From Deltaproteobacteria bacterium (GTDB taxonomy: Bacteria > Myxococcota_A > UBA9160 > SMWR01), in contig JAQBGU010000241.1 in the NCBI GenBank assembly GCA_032128375.1, positions 1 to 62,691 of the forward strand: a DNA stretch of 62,691 nucleotides, read 5' to 3'. A program made the translations under genes and the position numbers. The first letter of the stretch is position 1, and each line of letters begins with the position of its first letter. The notes beneath the pieces were generated by a model. That model saw nothing but the letters and a program-made list of their open reading frames with translations, was not told the DNA's origin and searched no databases. Shown one piece after another: positions 59,698 to 62,691 of this stretch.

Positions 59698-60971
59698 TTC
59701 ACCTCCAGACGAACGTCGAACTTGTTCAGGTAGAAGTCAAACGGCGCCCGCACGTCCTCGGGCGTCGCGTCGAAGTCGGCACGCAGGTCATAGACGACCT
59801 GCCCGTCGCGACCGCGAGGGTGCGCCGCCCGGTATGCGTTGATCTGCGCGCGGGCAGCGTCGGTCATCGGAAGGCCAGCGACGTCGTAGATCCGCTCCAG
59901 CGTCGCGAGGTCGTCGGCCATGAATTCGTGAAAGAGCACGTCGACGGTTCGATCCGACGGCAGCAGGTGCCGATCTCGCACCGAAGCTTCGAGCAGCCGC
60001 CGGATCCGGTCGGTCCAATATTCGAGGTACCACTCGGGCCGCGGCGACGTGTACGTGACCCGTGCACCGTAGGCCAGCATGGTCGCAGACGATTGGATCA
60101 CCGAGACGGGATCGCGATGCGTGACGATGATCGTCGCGTCCGGGAAGGTCTGCATCAGCGGCCCGATCTGCTCGAGATGCTGCGGGCACTTCAGCACCCA
60201 ACGATCGCGTGGCTTGTACCATTGCAGAATCTTCAGGGCGGTCAGCATGAACTGGTAGTGCGGACGTTGATCGTGCGACAAGAGATAGTCGCGCCATTTC
60301 GGTCCGCGCGTGATCCACTCGTGGTTGTAGCTCGAAAAATCGGGAAGCTGAAGCTCGAGTTCCTCGTGAATGTGGTCGGGGTTCATCGGATGCATCATCG
60401 CGATGAGCGGCGAACTCGCGAGAAAACCCTGCCACGACGCTTCGGAACGCGCCCAGCGAGGATCGACGCCGTCCGGGCCCGGCGCTTTGTGCCGGTCGGG
60501 TACGGGCTGCTGGCTCTCCCACAGCGGCATCGAGCGCAGACGCTCGTCCGCGGCGATCAGGTTCACGAGGTGCGTCGTCCCCGAGCGCGGCAGGCCGATG
60601 ACGATGATTGGACGAACGATCTCGATGTCATGAATTTCCGGATGCCGTTTCAACAGGTCGAGGATCCGCAGCCGATTCGCTGCGGCGCGCACGCAATCGT
60701 TGAAGAGGATCAGGCGGCCCATCGCCGTGCGTTCCGGATTCTCATCGGTTTCGGACAGCCACAACGAGAGTCGCTCATGGAAGTCGGTGGATCCGAAATC
60801 ATCGAGACGGTCGGCTTCGACCGGGGCGGTGGCTTCGACCGCTGCAGAAAGCACGGCGTCGAGCGTTAGTTCGACGGGGTTCGCCTTCCCGTACGCGAGC
60901 GCAGCTTTCTGGAGATCACTGAGGATCGGGTCGCGCAGGTCGTCGATCCGAACCTTCTCATCAGCGCTCAT
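59694..60971 (-). CDS. Sulfotransferase (Sulfotransfer_3 family)
   Basis: GLPRSGTT (5'-PSB), WVLKCPQH and THRDP...S (3'-PB) motifs. Confidence 0.92.
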   Translation of the reverse strand: MSADEKVRIDDLRDPILSDLQKAALAYGKANPVELTLDAVLSAAVEATAPVEADRLDDFGSTDFHERLSLWLSETDENPERTAMGRLILFNDCVRAAANRLRILDLLKRHPEIHDIEIVRPIIVIGLPRSGTTHLVNLIAADERLRSMPLWESQQPVPDRHKAPGPDGVDPRWARSEASWQGFLASSPLIAMMHPMNPDHIHEELELQLPDFSSYNHEWITRGPKWRDYLLSHDQRPHYQFMLTALKILQWYKPRDRWVLKCPQHLEQIGPLMQTFPDATIIVTHRDPVSVIQSSATMLAYGARVTYTSPRPEWYLEYWTDRIRRLLEASVRDRHLLPSDRTVDVLFHEFMADDLATLERIYDVAGLPMTDAARAQINAYRAAHPRGRDGQVVYDLRADFDATPEDVRAPFDFYLNKFDVRLEVK

Positions 60972-61041
60972 CGCCTGCGAGTTCCTCGCGCTTCGAGCTT
61001 CTGCGATCGACGCACGCTTCAGGGCATCTGCAGGAATTCGA

Positions 61042-61296
61042 TCAGCAGCGGATCATTGTCGCGTTCGAGATACCCGAACACGATCCCCGCGCTGAAAAGA
61101 GAATCCCCAACGCCACATCACACGAGCGACCTCTGTAGGTTGCATCCTTCACCGACCCATCCATGCGCGTGAACGGTCCGAAGAGCGCAGTGTAACGGTC
61201 CTCAGCATCGGCCAGGGACTTCACGACGAAGCCCACCTGATCAATCGGCGGCAATCCGAGCGTGGCGAGCGAGGCAGCGTCGGTCGGTGCGGTCAT
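61042..61296 (-). pseudogene. Truncated VOC-family (glyoxalase/methylmalonyl-CoA epimerase-like) gene
   Basis: GGAG RBS; PPIDQVGFVVKSL...YRGR; family resemblance is lost after about 65 aa. Confidence 0.65.
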
Positions 61297-61536
61297 CGTG
61301 AAGTCTCCAGAGTGGAAACGACATTTTGCTGGGCTTCGGCTCCGCTTGCACCTCCCGGTCGCCCTCGCGAAGCCTCGAACTACAGCTCGTTTCAAGGCGG
61401 CCCATCGGATCCCGTGGTTGATCGAAGAGATCGATCTCCGGGCCGGTCGAGGCGGTGGGTCGTCATTGAAGGACGGCTTACTCGAAGATCGCACGGAACA
61501 GTGCCGATCGCAGCAAGTCTGCTAGACCCTTCCTCT

Positions 61537-62534
61537 ATGACCTTCATCGATGCGCGTGGGCTGCGCCACGATCAGCGGATCGAAGCAGAATTGTGCGTGA
61601 TCGCAGCCCCGCCGCCGAGAAGAACCTGGTCGGTCGCTACTTCGCGAATCACCCGGAGACGGACTTCGCCGAATTCCAGCTGGATTCGAAGTTGCCTGGC
61701 CACAGGTTCTACCGAGGGATGAAGTTCGAATCGGGAGATGCGATGCCCTTTCTCGCCCCATCCGCTGCTACACAGAGACAGTTCAGGCTGGTCAAAACAT
61801 GGTTGCAGGTTCGCAGGGTGATGAGGAAGAGCGCCGATGGCAATCTCAAGCGCGACGAACCGATTGCGCTACTGGCCTTCGACATGGACCACTTGGATTC
61901 CGGCAAGCGCCCAAACATAGACGGGCCAGGTGACCAGCTGACTATTCGAGCGATTTGCGAACAGGCGCCGAACCCGCAGAGCCGAGTGTTTCTGGGTGAA
62001 CAGCGGGACCGCTTCGGTCAACAGCGGGCAGTGCTCGATTGGCAACTCAGTGAGCTCGACAACGAGAGCGCGCGCGAAATGATCAAGATTCTGACGCGCG
62101 AGACCGGCATCGCTGGCCTGGGTCGAGTGAAGCGGGTTTTCCCGAACGATGGATTTGCGACGGTCGACGTTCGGGGCTCATTTCATCACATGAGAACGAC
62201 GCGTATGCACGAGGACCCGAGCCGGGGCGTGGTGGACGCGAACTGTCGCCTCCACGGCATTTCGAATCTCTACGTTGCCGGCAGTTCGGTGTTCCCGACC
62301 ACAGGGACATCGAATCCCACCTACACGATCCTGGCGCTTGCGTTCCGACTCGCGGGACATCTCGAAGCGCAGTTGAAGGCCCAATCGTGGGTAACGTATT
62401 CGTCCGCGGCTCCGCGATCAGCCGTCGAGAGGCTCTCCAGCAGCTCTCGTGGATCGTGGTGGCGGTTGCATCGGGGCAGGGCCTGTCGAGTTGCAGCGAA
62501 GCACAAAGACACGACCCCAAAACACATGGGCTAG
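61537..62534 (+). pseudogene. GMC-family FAD oxidoreductase with a large internal deletion
   Basis: MTFIDARG...AELCVI (just before the GxGxxG motif) is joined out of frame to LVGRYFANHP...EQAPNPQSRV...HHM.TTRM...GVVD...GSSVFPT...NPTYTI. Confidence 0.8.
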
Positions 62535-62691
62535 CCGGTTTACTGGCGCACAAATCGAATGCTGCTGCGATCGGGGCTTCGTTCCTTGCGGGGCCCACCC
62601 GGAAGAGGCCGAGATCGACGTCCTCGTTTCGCGACTTGGGCTCGATCCCGATTCACTTCCGTCGCCAGGTTCGCCTGAACTCGCGGCGGCC

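Overview
A ~62.7 kb GC-rich bacterial chromosomal segment. Gene content (REC-PilZ regulator, FYDLN_acid protein, exosortase-related genes, MCP, sdhCAB) suggests a Myxococcota/Deltaproteobacteria-like organism; this is inference only. Most of the window is housekeeping: tRNA-fMet, ROK kinase, tgt-queA, Slt-type transglycosylase, PfkB, UDPGP-family pyrophosphorylase, yfgM-like gene, der, miaA-mutL, pgi, Nit-type hydrolase, Wza-like exporter, DprE1/E2-like pair, LOG, three ion transporters, sdhCAB and an acyl-CoA dehydrogenase pair. The most notable structure is a 28-bp XerC/XerD dif-type site at 15757-15784. KOPS-like octamers appear to change strand across it, so it is probably the chromosomal terminus. 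Exactly 5 bp beyond its XerC arm an IS1202/ISNCY-type terminal repeat begins. This opens a ~5.5 kb accessory block (15790-21266) closed by an inward-facing related end. The block carries a truncated HNH nuclease, an exosortase H-like two-gene cassette, a Sel1 pseudogene, an internally deleted IS1202-like element and a sulfatase. A second accessory region (53-62.7 kb) holds a GT-C-like gene, vapBC with its operator, an orphan palindrome, TetR-Coq4, an IS91-like remnant, a sulfotransferase/alkylsulfatase-like pair and pseudogenes. Other oddities: a lipA/phosphotransferase chimeric junction at the window start, many short tandem duplications, and apparently degenerate signalling proteins. All calls come from reading motifs by eye; no database searches were run.
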